Source: Candidatus Latescibacterota bacterium (GTDB lineage Bacteria; Latescibacterota; UBA2968; UBA8231). Taken from it: a stretch of 64,000 bases of DNA. Below, piece by piece: positions 1 to 10,205 of the stretch (position 1 is its first letter; every line of letters begins with the position of its first letter). The notes beneath the pieces were generated by a model. The model did not search any database. It was not told the origin of the DNA and was given only the letters and a program-made list of their open reading frames with translations. The stretch lies in NCBI GenBank assembly GCA_965204725.1, contig OZ242005.1, positions 4,448,001 to 4,512,000 of the forward strand. Direction: 5' to 3'. A program made the position numbers and the translations under genes.

Positions 1-1298
1 CGGGCGGCTCGGCGCGGACGGACATCAAGATCGCCGATGACGAAACCCCGAGTACGTCCCTGTCGCTGTCAGTGTCGCCGCACACCCTCAGCGAGGACGC
101 GGTCGTGACTCAGCTTACCGTAACGGCGACGTTGGACGGCAAGGTGCTGGACGCTGACGCGACCGTAGCCATTTCCATTGATCCGGCGTCGTCCGCCACC
201 CGCGATTTGGATTATTCGGCGTTGTTCAATCCCTCGCTGGTCATTCCGGCCGGTTCGACCTCCGGTTCGCTGACCCTGCTGATCGACCCGACCGCCGACC
301 GCGAGGACGAAGGCAACGAGACGATCACGCTCAACGGGTCATCTCCGGGCTTGACTGGCGGTTCGGTCGATATAACGATAACGCAGGTTGACGCCAGCAC
401 CGTCACGCCTCCCCCGGAAGCGACGCCTCTGGCCTTTGCCGACGGCACTTCGGTTGGCGACCAAGAGTACACCGCGGGCACGGCGATCAGTGATATAGAA
501 CTGCCAGCGGCGGCTGGCGGAGCCGGCGACATTGCGTATAGCGTGTCGGGCCTGCCAGCGGGCTTGTCGTTTGACGCGGCCACCCGCACCATTTCCGGCA
601 CACCCGACGCCGCCACCGACGAGGCGGTCGAAATCACCTACACAGCCGCCGACGGAGCAGGTGCCACCGCATCGTTGATCTTTTCCATCACAGTCAACAT
701 GTCGCTGACGTTTGGCGACTTCTTCAGCCAGTTCCTCGGCGCGGGCAAGGTCGTTCCCACCTCGTCCTCCGACGGGGCTGCCATCCGCGAATTCGTCGTA
801 GGCCAGCCGGTAGATGCTTTCGCGCTGCCCGCAGGCACCGGCGGCACCGAGCCGCTGACGTACGCCCTTTCGCCAGAGTTACCGGCGGGTCTGTCGTTTG
901 ACGCGGCCACGCGGACGATTTCGGGTACGCCGCAGGCCGAAGGCGCGCCCGTCTATACCTACACGGTTACAGACGCCCTCGGCGCGAGCGTAGCGATGCT
1001 GCTTCACACGCGCCCGGCCGCATTCTCGCTGGCGAGCAACTATCCGAACCCGTTCAACCCGGCGACGACGATTCGGTATGCGCTGCCGCAGGCGGCGGAT
1101 GTGCGGTTGACCGTGTATAACGTCGTCGGTCAGGTCGTGCGGACATTGGTGGCCGAGCACCAGAGTGCCGGACGCTACCTAGTCGCATGGGACGCGACGA
1201 ATGACAACGGCCATAGCTTGTCGGCGGGAATCTATTTCTACCGCCTACAAGCGGGCGGCGAGTTCCACGCCGTCAAAAAGATGCTGCTGCTCAAGTAA
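1..1298 (+). CDS. Large surface/secreted protein, 5'-truncated by window edge (Calx-beta-like and putative Ig repeats, FlgD-Ig/T9SS-like C-terminal domain)
   Basis: Frame is open from base 3 (GGSARTDIKIADDETPSTS...). LPAGLSFDAATRTISGTP Ig repeats, RDLDY motif and C-terminal NYPNPFNPATTIRYALP...VKKMLLLK; paralogous to the next two genes. Confidence 0.85.
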   Translation, partial: GGSARTDIKIADDETPSTSLSLSVSPHTLSEDAVVTQLTVTATLDGKVLDADATVAISIDPASSATRDLDYSALFNPSLVIPAGSTSGSLTLLIDPTADREDEGNETITLNGSSPGLTGGSVDITITQVDASTVTPPPEATPLAFADGTSVGDQEYTAGTAISDIELPAAAGGAGDIAYSVSGLPAGLSFDAATRTISGTPDAATDEAVEITYTAADGAGATASLIFSITVNMSLTFGDFFSQFLGAGKVVPTSSSDGAAIREFVVGQPVDAFALPAGTGGTEPLTYALSPELPAGLSFDAATRTISGTPQAEGAPVYTYTVTDALGASVAMLLHTRPAAFSLASNYPNPFNPATTIRYALPQAADVRLTVYNVVGQVVRTLVAEHQSAGRYLVAWDATNDNGHSLSAGIYFYRLQAGGEFHAVKKMLLLK

Positions 1299-1321
1299 GC
1301 AAGCATCGACCGCGAGTTCGT

Positions 1322-1356
1322 AAAATGGGGCCTCAGTTTGCGGGAGGCCCTATTTT
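1322..1356 (+). terminator. Intergenic hairpin, probable terminator or mRNA-stabilising stem
   Basis: aaaatggggcctc...gaggccctatttt inverted repeat after the stop; homologous to the hairpin at 5421-5459. Confidence 0.6.
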
Positions 1357-1391
1357 AGTAAGAGGCCCTAACAAAACTTCAAGGGGGTTGA

Positions 1392-4300
1392 ATGATGATA
1401 CACACAAAGTTGTCGATACGGCTGGCTTACGTGCCTTGGCTGCTGGCCGCTGGTTTGGTATTGGGATGGAGCGAGAAGGCTGTGGCTGCTACGAGCTCTA
1501 CGAGCGGCCATAGCTCTGCGACGAATCATCCCCATGCCACCAATCCCAATTTGGTTTTGACTTATGACCTGCTCAGGTCGGGTTCAAACCATTCGATTAC
1601 TGTGAGCTGGAGTACGTCGAACTCGAGGAATTTCAGCACGGGTAATGGGACCGCTGCCACTATGTACGCGGTGAGCTTATACAGCGGCGAGATCGATTCT
1701 GATCTTACTAGCCCGACTGATACTCGAGTAGGTAGCGAACAGTCGTATTCCGGTGCCACCATCGGTACGCGGACCTATTCCTTTACGGACGCCGCGATTA
1801 AGTATGAGGGGGAGGAAGTAGGGGCTACGGGTAAGTACTGGGTCAGGATGGCGGTGACGGTGACCAGCACAGACCAAGGTCATACTTCGGGCGTTGTTGA
1901 GTATTTTGCCAAGCAGGTAACGGTGCGGGCGGACTATATCCTGTCGGTCAATCCCAACAGTGTGCGCGAGGACGCCCGTAGGACCAACGTCACTGTGAAA
2001 GTCAAAGTGGGCAATGACGTCGCAGTGGGTAGGGAGACGAATGTGAACTTGGAGTTCTCTACTCCCGCTGGTAAACTCGGGCTCAACGACCGCTTCTACA
2101 TAACGCTGCCCACGCTCATTATTCCCAAGGGCCAGAAAGAGGCAACCGCGACCATCGTCTTTACCCCGATTAACGAAGACACCCAAAACGAGGATCTCGC
2201 GGTCACCATCTCGGGTAGGGCCACCTCTCAGGAGGCCGTCAAGCCGACGACGATTACGCTGGTTGACACCGACAAGCAAAGCAATGCGATCAATCTTTCG
2301 TTTTCGGATGCCGATCTAAGCAAGCGGGATGGGACAGTCAATATCGTCGTGACGGCCACGCTGAATGGAAAAACGCAGAGAAAAGACCTGACTTTTTCCT
2401 TGGTTATTGATGAAACAAGAAGTGAAGCAGCGGGCTTGGAACGCGATGTGGACTACACGGCGGTACTGTCCCGGATAACCATTCCAGACCGCAAAGTGTC
2501 GGGGAGGGCGACGATTTCCATCCGCCCCAAGAACGCCGGAACCGGCATGATCTGGCTGAAGGCTCCTGCCAACGCCAACCTGACGAATGACGACGACAAT
2601 CCCGTAACCGTGAATCCCAACTCCATCGAGATAACGGGCGATCCGGCTGGGTCGATTACCGGGCTGACAGCGGCCCCGTTCTCAATCCGCGAGGACGCTG
2701 GCGCGCGGGTGATCACCCTGAAGGTTTCCTTGGAGAACGCCTTGCTGACGGACGAGAGGGTCCAGTTCACCATCACGGACGACAGCGACGATCTGGGGGA
2801 GGCTTTTGAAGGCGCAGTAGATGCCGAGCGCGATGTGGATTACTCGGCGGAGGTGCAGGCGCTCACCATTCCCAAGGGCCAGAAAGAAGGGACGACGACG
2901 ATCATCGTCACCCCCATCAACAACAAAGACGATGACCCGCCGCGAGCCTTTAAGGTGAATGCGAGGGTTGGCACCAACGCATCCTTCGTCACGGGAATCC
3001 TGATTACCGACGACGACACGACGAGCGATTCGATCACCCTAGAGGTGACTCCGGCCGAGATAAACGAGGACGCCGGTGCGACCACGGTTACGGTGACCGG
3101 CACCTTAAACGGAAAGGTGTTCAGCGATAACGTGGTCGTCGCCTTGGTCATTAACAACGACGTGAATGACGATGGCGAGGTAAACGACGATGACAAGGCG
3201 GCGACGCGCGATGCAGACTACACAGCCGTCCTGCGCCCGTTGGTGATTCAGGGCGGCTCGGTGTCGGGGACGACGACGATCACCATTACCCCCACTGCCA
3301 ACGACGGGGAGGAAGACGACGAGAAGTTCCGCATAGCGACCCTAACTTCTACCCTGCCCAGAGCAAGAGACGAGGATGGGGACCTGCGAGAGCTGGAGGT
3401 CACCCCAGCGACGATAACCCTGAAAGACATCGAGGATTCAGACACGCCGACAACGACGCCGGACCCGAGGGTCCCTTCCTTCGCCAGTGCCGATGCGATT
3501 GACGACCAAGTGTACACGGTTGGGACCGCGATTACCCCGCTCGTCCTGCCGGAAGCTACGAGCGGCGATGGCACCCTGCTGTACAGCGTCTCCACCCTGC
3601 CGGCCGGCTTGGCGTTTAACGGTTCCACGCGGACGCTTTCGGGTACGCCGACTGCGGCCGGAACTTCTACCATCATTTACACGGTGATCGACCGCGACAG
3701 TGACGCGGCCGCGCTGACCTTCTCCGTCACGATCAACGCGGCTGATCCGGGGACGACGACGCCACCACCACCGGCTGCCGACACTGGGCTGACGGCGAGT
3801 CCGTCGTCCATCCGCGAGGACGCGGTCGCGACCGAAGTCTTTCTGACCGCGACCTTGCCGGCTCCCAAAGCCACGGCCGAGAGCGTGACGTTCACGATTG
3901 TCGGTCCGAGTGGGGGTCCGCCGGCCGTGCGCGATTTGGACTACACCGCGATACTCGGAAAGATCGTTATCATTCCGGCGGGTGCGACCGTTGGGACGAC
4001 GTCATTCACCCTCACCCCTATTGACAACTCCAAGGTGGATGGTGCGAGATCGTTGGGCGTGCAGGCTGCGTTCTCATCCGGTGGGAGGCTGGTGACGAAC
4101 ATTGAGATTGCCGACGACGAAACCCTGAGTACGTCCATCTCGCTGTCGGTGGATCCGCGCACGATAAGCGAGGAAGGCGGTGAGGTCTCTGTTACGGTGA
4201 CCGCGACGTTGGACGGGAGGGCGTTGCTAGCAGACGCCACCGTGCGCTTGACCATTGATGCCGCCTCGACCGCGCTGCGCGATGAGGACTACGCCGCGCT

Positions 4301-5399
4301 GTTCAATCCGCGGCTGATAATCCCGGTCGGTTCGATAACCGGGTCAACGCCGTTTGTGGTCCGCCCCATTGACGACACGGTAGCGGAGGGCAACGAGACC
4401 ATCAAGCTGACTGGTGAGATTGCAGGTCTGGCCGGGGACGCGGTCGAGATCATCCTGAGCGACCGAGGAACGGAACAGCCACCGCAGGAGCCGGAGCCAG
4501 AGGAGCCGGAGGAGCCGGCCCTTGGCTTTGCCGCCGACACGGTGATCGCGGACCAAGGGTACACCGCTGGCACGGAGATTCCCGCTCTCGTACTGCCGGC
4601 CGCTGTGGGCGGCACGGGCGCCTTGACGTACAGCGTCTCGGCCCTGCCGCCGGGCTTGTCGTTTGACGAGACCACGCGGACGATTACCGGCACCCCGTCG
4701 GAAGAGACCGAGGACGCGGTCCGCATCATCTACACGGTGATCGATGGCGACGGAGCCGCGGCCGCGTTGACCTTTTCCATCACGGTCAATCCCCCGCTAG
4801 GTCTTTTATCGCTTTTCGATTTGTTCAACAAGATGGGGGCCGGTAGCGGTAAGGTCATTCCGATGTCGCCCCACGCGGCTGAAATCCGCGAATTTGTCGT
4901 GGGCCAGCGCGTAGAGGGCCTTACGCTGCCGGAGGGGACCGGCGGCACCGCCCCGCTGACGTATCGCCTTGCGCCAGCTCTACCGGCGGGGTTGGCGTTT
5001 GACGCGGCCACGCGGACGATTGCCGGGACGCCGCTGGTCGCGGGCGCACCCGTCTATACGTACACGGTTACGGACGCCAACGGCGCGAGCGCGTCGCTGG
5101 CCTTGCAAACGCTGCCGGTCGAATTCGCGCTGGCAGACAACTTTCCGAACCCGTTCAACCCAGCGACGACGATCCAATACGCGCTGCCGCAAGCGGCCGA
5201 TGTGGCACTGATCGTGTACAACGTCGTCGGTCAGCCCGTGCGCACGCTCGTCGCCGAGCACCAAGGCGCCGGGCGGTATGTCGTGGAGTGGGACGCAACC
5301 GACGATGGCGGGCACCGCTTGTCGTCGGGCATGTATTTCTACCGCTTACAGGCGGGCGACGAGTTCCGCGAGGTCAAGAAAATGCTGCTGCTCAAGTAG
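1392..5399 (+). CDS. 1335-aa surface protein with Calx-beta-like/Ig repeats and FlgD-Ig/T9SS-like C-terminal domain
   Basis: Signal peptide (PWLLAAGLVLGW...AVA), repeated SIRED/RDxDY modules, LPAGL.F...TRT..GTP repeats, NFPNPFNP tail. Confidence 0.9.
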   Translation: MMIHTKLSIRLAYVPWLLAAGLVLGWSEKAVAATSSTSGHSSATNHPHATNPNLVLTYDLLRSGSNHSITVSWSTSNSRNFSTGNGTAATMYAVSLYSGEIDSDLTSPTDTRVGSEQSYSGATIGTRTYSFTDAAIKYEGEEVGATGKYWVRMAVTVTSTDQGHTSGVVEYFAKQVTVRADYILSVNPNSVREDARRTNVTVKVKVGNDVAVGRETNVNLEFSTPAGKLGLNDRFYITLPTLIIPKGQKEATATIVFTPINEDTQNEDLAVTISGRATSQEAVKPTTITLVDTDKQSNAINLSFSDADLSKRDGTVNIVVTATLNGKTQRKDLTFSLVIDETRSEAAGLERDVDYTAVLSRITIPDRKVSGRATISIRPKNAGTGMIWLKAPANANLTNDDDNPVTVNPNSIEITGDPAGSITGLTAAPFSIREDAGARVITLKVSLENALLTDERVQFTITDDSDDLGEAFEGAVDAERDVDYSAEVQALTIPKGQKEGTTTIIVTPINNKDDDPPRAFKVNARVGTNASFVTGILITDDDTTSDSITLEVTPAEINEDAGATTVTVTGTLNGKVFSDNVVVALVINNDVNDDGEVNDDDKAATRDADYTAVLRPLVIQGGSVSGTTTITITPTANDGEEDDEKFRIATLTSTLPRARDEDGDLRELEVTPATITLKDIEDSDTPTTTPDPRVPSFASADAIDDQVYTVGTAITPLVLPEATSGDGTLLYSVSTLPAGLAFNGSTRTLSGTPTAAGTSTIIYTVIDRDSDAAALTFSVTINAADPGTTTPPPPAADTGLTASPSSIREDAVATEVFLTATLPAPKATAESVTFTIVGPSGGPPAVRDLDYTAILGKIVIIPAGATVGTTSFTLTPIDNSKVDGARSLGVQAAFSSGGRLVTNIEIADDETLSTSISLSVDPRTISEEGGEVSVTVTATLDGRALLADATVRLTIDAASTALRDEDYAALFNPRLIIPVGSITGSTPFVVRPIDDTVAEGNETIKLTGEIAGLAGDAVEIILSDRGTEQPPQEPEPEEPEEPALGFAADTVIADQGYTAGTEIPALVLPAAVGGTGALTYSVSALPPGLSFDETTRTITGTPSEETEDAVRIIYTVIDGDGAAAALTFSITVNPPLGLLSLFDLFNKMGAGSGKVIPMSPHAAEIREFVVGQRVEGLTLPEGTGGTAPLTYRLAPALPAGLAFDAATRTIAGTPLVAGAPVYTYTVTDANGASASLALQTLPVEFALADNFPNPFNPATTIQYALPQAADVALIVYNVVGQPVRTLVAEHQGAGRYVVEWDATDDGGHRLSSGMYFYRLQAGDEFREVKKMLLLK

Positions 5400-5420
5400 C
5401 AAGTGCAGCACTGCGTTTGC

Positions 5421-5459
5421 GAAATAGGGCCTCAAACTTCGCTCTTGAGGCCCTATTTC
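5421..5459 (+). terminator. Intergenic hairpin (15-bp perfect stem)
   Basis: gaaatagggcctcaa / ttgaggccctatttc followed by a T-rich tract. Confidence 0.65.
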
Positions 5460-5499
5460 CTTTTACAACTACTCTTAAATCAGGGAGGGAGGTTGAGCA

Positions 5500-8400
5500 A
5501 TGACACAGAGAAAGCGGTTGGTGTGGCGTCTGTTTTACGCGCCTTGGCTCTTGGCCGCTGGTTTGGCGTTGGGGTGGGCCGGGGAGGCTGCGGCGCAGGA
5601 CGACTACGACTATAAGCTGTCGGTCAATCCTAAGAGTGTGCGCGAGGACGCCGGGCCGACCGATATTGAGGTGACGGTCGAAGTTACGAATGATACAGCG
5701 GTGGAGGCGGATACCTATGTGCTCTTGGGGGTCTCAAACGAGGGGTTTAATATCCGCTTCCGCCTGACGTTGACCGTTCTCAGGATTCCGGCTGGCAAGA
5801 AAAAGGCCACCGGGCAACTCACCTTCATTCCCGTCGATGATGGGGTTGTCAATCAGGACCTGACCATTACGCTCAGCGGCAATGCTGGCAGCAATAGTAC
5901 GGTTGAACAGACGACGATCACGCTGATTGACGACGACAAGGATAGCCAAAACATCCATCTGTCGGCCGATATTGTCGAGTTAAACAGGTTCGATGGTCCG
6001 ACCGAGATCACTGTGACGGCCACGTTGGACGGCAAGGAGCTAAGAAGGGCGACGACTTTTGCTTTGACGATTGGCGATCATCCCGATTTGACTGCCACAC
6101 CGAGCAGCGATGCCGAGGCGACCAAGGACAATCGCGAGGCGCAACGCGACTTGGACTACACAGTGACGCTGGCGACGCTGACGATTCCGCGAAACTCGGT
6201 ATCGGGAACCGCGACGATTACCATCACCCCGAAAAACAGGTTGCCCGGCACGATCCGGGTGGAATCGCCGCGGGCAGTACGAGTTGGCGACGATGAGCTA
6301 ACGATCCACCCGGTGGATATTAAATTAAAAAAGGAGGTCGCGGCCGCGCCCAATGCCATTGTGCTTAGTCCAGAGCGGGTACGCGAGGACGCCGGGCCGA
6401 CGACGATCCAACTGAACGTCACCTTGCAGGAGCCCTTGGTCGAGGACGAAACCGTGAGTCTCGTCGTTTTGCCGGCTGGCTCGCGTTTGTCCGAGGGCGG
6501 TACTGTGACGCGCACGCCGATCCGCGATGTGCATTACACGCTGGCCTTTGGGCCGCCGCTGGTCATTCCGGCCGGTGCTGCTGAGGGGACGACGACGTTC
6601 ACTCTGACCCCGATTGACGACGACGCTGTGGTTGGGCGCGGGTCGATATACATACAGGTTGCGGTCGGCGACGTATTGACTACGAAAACGATCGCAATCG
6701 GCGACGACGACGCGAACAGCACCCAAATCGCGCTGACGGTGGACCCGACCTCGATTAGCGAAGGCGCGGGTAGGACGGAGGTTGCAGTAACCGGAACGTT
6801 GGACGGGAAGGTCCTCGACGACGCCGTGGTCGTGCTCTTGACCATCGACCCGGACCCCAAGGATGCAGACGCTGAGGGCAATGTCGTCGATGTTGCCGAG
6901 GCGACGCGCGATATAGACTACACGGCCATCCTGCGCCCCCTGACGATTCCGGCCGGCGCGGTGTCGGGGACGACGACGATCGTCATCACCCCGATTGACG
7001 ACGCGGTCGTGGATGCCAGCGAGACCATCCGGCTGGCGGTGCCGTACGCGAACAATCAAATCGCCACCCGGGGCGGGATCCAGCTCACGATCGACCCGGT
7101 GGATATAACGCTGAGAGAGGCCGGGGAGGGCGGTGCGCCGTTCTTTGCGGCGGATGCTACTATCGCGGACTGGAGCTACTCGGCTGGTACGGAGCTTGTC
7201 AGTTTGGTGCTGCCGGAGGCTACGGGCGGCGTTGGCGATCTGACGTACAGGGTGTCGGTGCTGCCGACGGGCTTGTCGTTTGACGCGGCCACGCGGACGA
7301 TTTCGGGTACGCCGACGGACGCCACCGATGGCGAGGTCACCGTTATCTACACAGCGACCGACCGCAATGGCAACGCGGCTAGGCAGACCTTCACCATCGC
7401 GATACGGGCCGCGGCCGCGACCGCGCTGGCCTTTGCCGAAGGGGCTGCGATCGCCGACCAGACGTACACCGCGGGGACAGCGATTGCCGATTTGGTGCTG
7501 CCGGAAGCGATGGGCGGGGCCGGCGACCTGAGATACCAAGTCTTGACCCTACCGGCGGGCTTGTCGTTCGACGGAGCCACGCGGACGCTGTCGGGTACGC
7601 CGACGGAAGCAACCAATTGTGCGGTCGAAGTCACCTATATGGTGACCGACCGCAACCGGGACGCGGCCGCGTTGACGTTCTCCATCACGGTCAACGCGCT
7701 TGAGCGGCCTTCGGTAGTCGCCACTGGGCTGACGGCAAAGCCGGCCATGATCCGCGAGGACGCGGCCACGACTCAAGTCTCGCTGACGGTCACCTTGGCG
7801 GCCGCGTCGGACATGGACGAGAGCGTGCGGTTCGTGCTCGTCGATCCGAGCGAGGGCCAGGCCGCCGTGCGCGATGTGGACTACAGTGCGGAACTAGAAG
7901 CCTTGGTCGTCATTCCAGCGGGCGCGACCGCGGGGACGACGACCCTGACACTCACGCCCATTGACGACGATGAGAGCGAGGGCCTGAAGGCTTTGGGGGT
8001 ACAGGCTACGCTCGTATCAACCGGCGCGACCCTAGTGACGGCCATCGAGATCCGCGACGACGAAGCCCCGAGTACGTCCATCTGGCTAGCGGCCGAGCCG
8101 AGCGTATTGAGTGAAGAGGCCGCTTTGACCACCGTTATCCTGACCGCCACGTTGGACGGGAAGGCGTTGGCCGCCGATGCGACCGTGCATTTGTCCATTG
8201 ATGAAGCGTCAACCGCGACGCGCGATTTGGACTACGCCGCGTTGTTTACGCCGACAATCGAGATTCCGGCCGGGTCAATAACCGGGACGCTGCGGTTTTA
8301 CATCGACCCGGTCGCCGACGGTTTGGCCGAGGGCGACGAGTTCATCCGGCTGATCGGTGCGATTGACGGGCTGGCTGGGGACGAGATAGAAATCGTTCTG

Positions 8401-8724
8401 AGCGATCAGGAAGCGGCCAAGGCGGTGGTGCAGGTTCAGCCCGCCGCATTTTCGTTGGCGAACAACTATCCGAACCCATTCAATCCGGCGACGACGATCC
8501 AGTACGCGCTGCCGCAAGCGGCGGACGTAGAATTGGTCGTGTACAACGCGGTCGGCCAGCCGGTGCGGACGCTGGTGGCCGATCATCAGCGCGCAGGTCA
8601 CTACGCAGTTGAGTGGGATGCGACCGATGACCGCGGCTATCGCTTGTCGTCGGGGATGTATCTCTACCGCTTGCAGGCGGGCGGCGAGTTCCGCGAGGTT
8701 AAAAAGATGCTGCTGCTTAGATAG
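5500..8724 (+). CDS. 1074-aa surface protein paralog (Calx-beta-like/Ig repeats, FlgD-Ig/T9SS-like C-terminal domain)
   Basis: Same signal peptide type, repeat modules and NYPNPFNP tail as 1392..5399; RBS ggagg upstream. Confidence 0.9.
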   Translation: MTQRKRLVWRLFYAPWLLAAGLALGWAGEAAAQDDYDYKLSVNPKSVREDAGPTDIEVTVEVTNDTAVEADTYVLLGVSNEGFNIRFRLTLTVLRIPAGKKKATGQLTFIPVDDGVVNQDLTITLSGNAGSNSTVEQTTITLIDDDKDSQNIHLSADIVELNRFDGPTEITVTATLDGKELRRATTFALTIGDHPDLTATPSSDAEATKDNREAQRDLDYTVTLATLTIPRNSVSGTATITITPKNRLPGTIRVESPRAVRVGDDELTIHPVDIKLKKEVAAAPNAIVLSPERVREDAGPTTIQLNVTLQEPLVEDETVSLVVLPAGSRLSEGGTVTRTPIRDVHYTLAFGPPLVIPAGAAEGTTTFTLTPIDDDAVVGRGSIYIQVAVGDVLTTKTIAIGDDDANSTQIALTVDPTSISEGAGRTEVAVTGTLDGKVLDDAVVVLLTIDPDPKDADAEGNVVDVAEATRDIDYTAILRPLTIPAGAVSGTTTIVITPIDDAVVDASETIRLAVPYANNQIATRGGIQLTIDPVDITLREAGEGGAPFFAADATIADWSYSAGTELVSLVLPEATGGVGDLTYRVSVLPTGLSFDAATRTISGTPTDATDGEVTVIYTATDRNGNAARQTFTIAIRAAAATALAFAEGAAIADQTYTAGTAIADLVLPEAMGGAGDLRYQVLTLPAGLSFDGATRTLSGTPTEATNCAVEVTYMVTDRNRDAAALTFSITVNALERPSVVATGLTAKPAMIREDAATTQVSLTVTLAAASDMDESVRFVLVDPSEGQAAVRDVDYSAELEALVVIPAGATAGTTTLTLTPIDDDESEGLKALGVQATLVSTGATLVTAIEIRDDEAPSTSIWLAAEPSVLSEEAALTTVILTATLDGKALAADATVHLSIDEASTATRDLDYAALFTPTIEIPAGSITGTLRFYIDPVADGLAEGDEFIRLIGAIDGLAGDEIEIVLSDQEAAKAVVQVQPAAFSLANNYPNPFNPATTIQYALPQAADVELVVYNAVGQPVRTLVADHQRAGHYAVEWDATDDRGYRLSSGMYLYRLQAGGEFREVKKMLLLR

Positions 8725-8740
8725 TTTCGCCCGGTATTTT

Positions 8741-8813
8741 CCTGCCGCGCAAGAACACTGGATTGCCGCCCCGTGTCGGGGGACGGGGTGACGTTCTTGC
8801 GCGGGCAGGACGG
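8741..8813. repeat. Composite REP-like palindrome, downstream flank of Rpn copy 1
   Basis: Reverse copy of the aacgtcaccccgt(g/c)ccccgacacggggcgg motif; cctgccgcgcaagaac pairs with gttcttgcgcgggcagg. Confidence 0.8.
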
Positions 8814-8856
8814 CTTGAACGGGTTCGGATAGAACGATATTACGCGGCGTCCTACT

Positions 8857-9783
8857 CTACTCGGCTTGGTCTAACTCGGCTTGGTCTAACAGGCGTCTAA
8901 AGGCGTCAAGGCTGGGCACCTGTACGGCCTCCCGAAGCAACTGCTTGAGACGCGGCACCTCGTCGGTTTCCCCAATGCGGGCGGCCAACGGATCCGACGC
9001 AGCCAGCCCAAAACGAATCTCTAGCACTTCGAGCAGAGCTTCCGTGGCGAGTTCTCGGCCCCCTCGCTCAATGCCCTGCTCGATGCCCTGCTTAATCCCC
9101 TGTTCAATGCCCTTTTCTGTGAAATACTGCACTACCGACGATTCGTACATGGTCTCCTCCTCGATGATGGTCATTATCGTCTCTAAGTTATATACCAACC
9201 CACTCAACATCGCAAGATCGGCCAGATAGTTCGCCTTGCGGCTCTCGTCCATCGGCACCTGTTGCGCTCGGTTGACACACTGGCGTAACCACCCCTCGGC
9301 ATCGACTCCCACCGGTGGCTGCATCAGCGGCGCAAACGGCAGCAAGCCGGAAGGTCCCGCGTCGAGGATGCGTTGGCCGTCTATCTCGATCAGCCGGATG
9401 ACCTTGTATTGGACTAAGACGCGGTAGCCGCGTCGTTCTTGGACGTAGTAGCCCGGATCATTTCGGCCGGCGTCTGGACGGAGATAGATGACGTTGGAAT
9501 AGATCGGCCGGCGGTGTTGCTCAATGCCGCGTCCGATATAGCCGGCCATGCGGAGGGGCATGGGGGGGTTGCTGTCGGTGGTTTGGAACTCGTGATGGAT
9601 CAACGCCTTCTGGTCGCCAATTTTGACGCGGATGAGGCTGTCGGTGCGGTGGGTTTCGACGGTGGTTTGCTCGGTATCGACGACGCCGAGGATTTGGATG
9701 TCGTCTTGTTGGAGGGCGAAGCGGGCGAAGTCTGCTGGGTAAGTGTGGATGAGGTGTTTGGCGATGGTGTCGAATTCGGCCAT
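8857..9783 (-). CDS. Rpn family recombination-promoting nuclease / putative transposase (PD-(D/E)XK), copy 1
   Basis: MAEFDTIAKHL start, RTDSL...HHEFQT nuclease motif, MPLRM..Y, QGIE repeats, LEIRFG C-terminal domain. Confidence 0.9.
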   Translation of the reverse strand: MAEFDTIAKHLIHTYPADFARFALQQDDIQILGVVDTEQTTVETHRTDSLIRVKIGDQKALIHHEFQTTDSNPPMPLRMAGYIGRGIEQHRRPIYSNVIYLRPDAGRNDPGYYVQERRGYRVLVQYKVIRLIEIDGQRILDAGPSGLLPFAPLMQPPVGVDAEGWLRQCVNRAQQVPMDESRKANYLADLAMLSGLVYNLETIMTIIEEETMYESSVVQYFTEKGIEQGIKQGIEQGIERGGRELATEALLEVLEIRFGLAASDPLAARIGETDEVPRLKQLLREAVQVPSLDAFRRLLDQAELDQAE

Positions 9784-9815
9784 GGGTCCTGCCTTGGTTG
9801 CGGGTGAGAGGGGGG

Positions 9816-9991
9816 TATAGCCGTCCTAAATGACTTGCAAGCATGTAGAGATGCTTCGACTACGCTGCGCTCAGCATGACACCGAGACGGCAGCTTCGTG
9901 CCCCAGACCCTGTCATACTGAGCGCAGCGAAGTATCTCATACCCAACACTCCATGCAGAACATCCCTTATGAAGGATGTAGGACAGCTATA
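9816..9991. mobile_element. 172-bp MITE with TA duplication (IS630/Tc1-like signature) containing an inverted REP pair
   Basis: Ends tatagccgtccta / taggacagctata; the homologous site upstream of Rpn copy 3 (ttgcacaTAcc) is empty with a single TA. Confidence 0.8.
9848..9938. repeat. Inverted pair of GTCA-type REP sequences (TGTCAT(G/A)CTGAGCGCAGCG...AAG.ATCTC)
   Basis: 9848-9881 is the near reverse complement of 9911-9938. Confidence 0.75.
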
Positions 9992-10001
9992 TGTGCAACT
10001 G

Positions 10002-10016
10002 GCAAAAACCGTGCCG
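10002..10016 (-). promoter_or_regulatory. Putative sigma54 -24/-12 promoter of Rpn copy 1
   Basis: CGGCACGGTTTTTGC on the minus strand; conserved with 31660-31674. Confidence 0.5.
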
Positions 10017-10130
10017 GGACGGCGGCTCATAGGGACGGGCGGGGAATCAGCGGCGTGGGTGTGTAGCGAAAAGGGGACAGGCGTGGCACGTTGGGGGGAA
10101 AGTTTGGCTGGCCGCAGTTCCGTCCTTCCC

Positions 10131-10180
10131 TTCCCGCGGACGAACGTCACCCCGTGCCCCGACACGGGGCGGGAATCCAG
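10131..10180 (+). repeat. Composite REP-like palindrome, upstream flank of Rpn copy 1
   Basis: ttcccgcggacgaacgtcaccccgtgccccgacacggggcgggaatccag. Confidence 0.85.
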
Positions 10181-10205
10181 CCGAAGGTTTTGCGATCCCG
10201 CTCGG

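Noticed and set aside
212-8601. Numerous minus-strand ORFs over the surface protein genes (and similar shadow ORFs across the window)
   Set aside because: Antisense or alternate-frame shadows of GC-rich genes without recognisable motifs.
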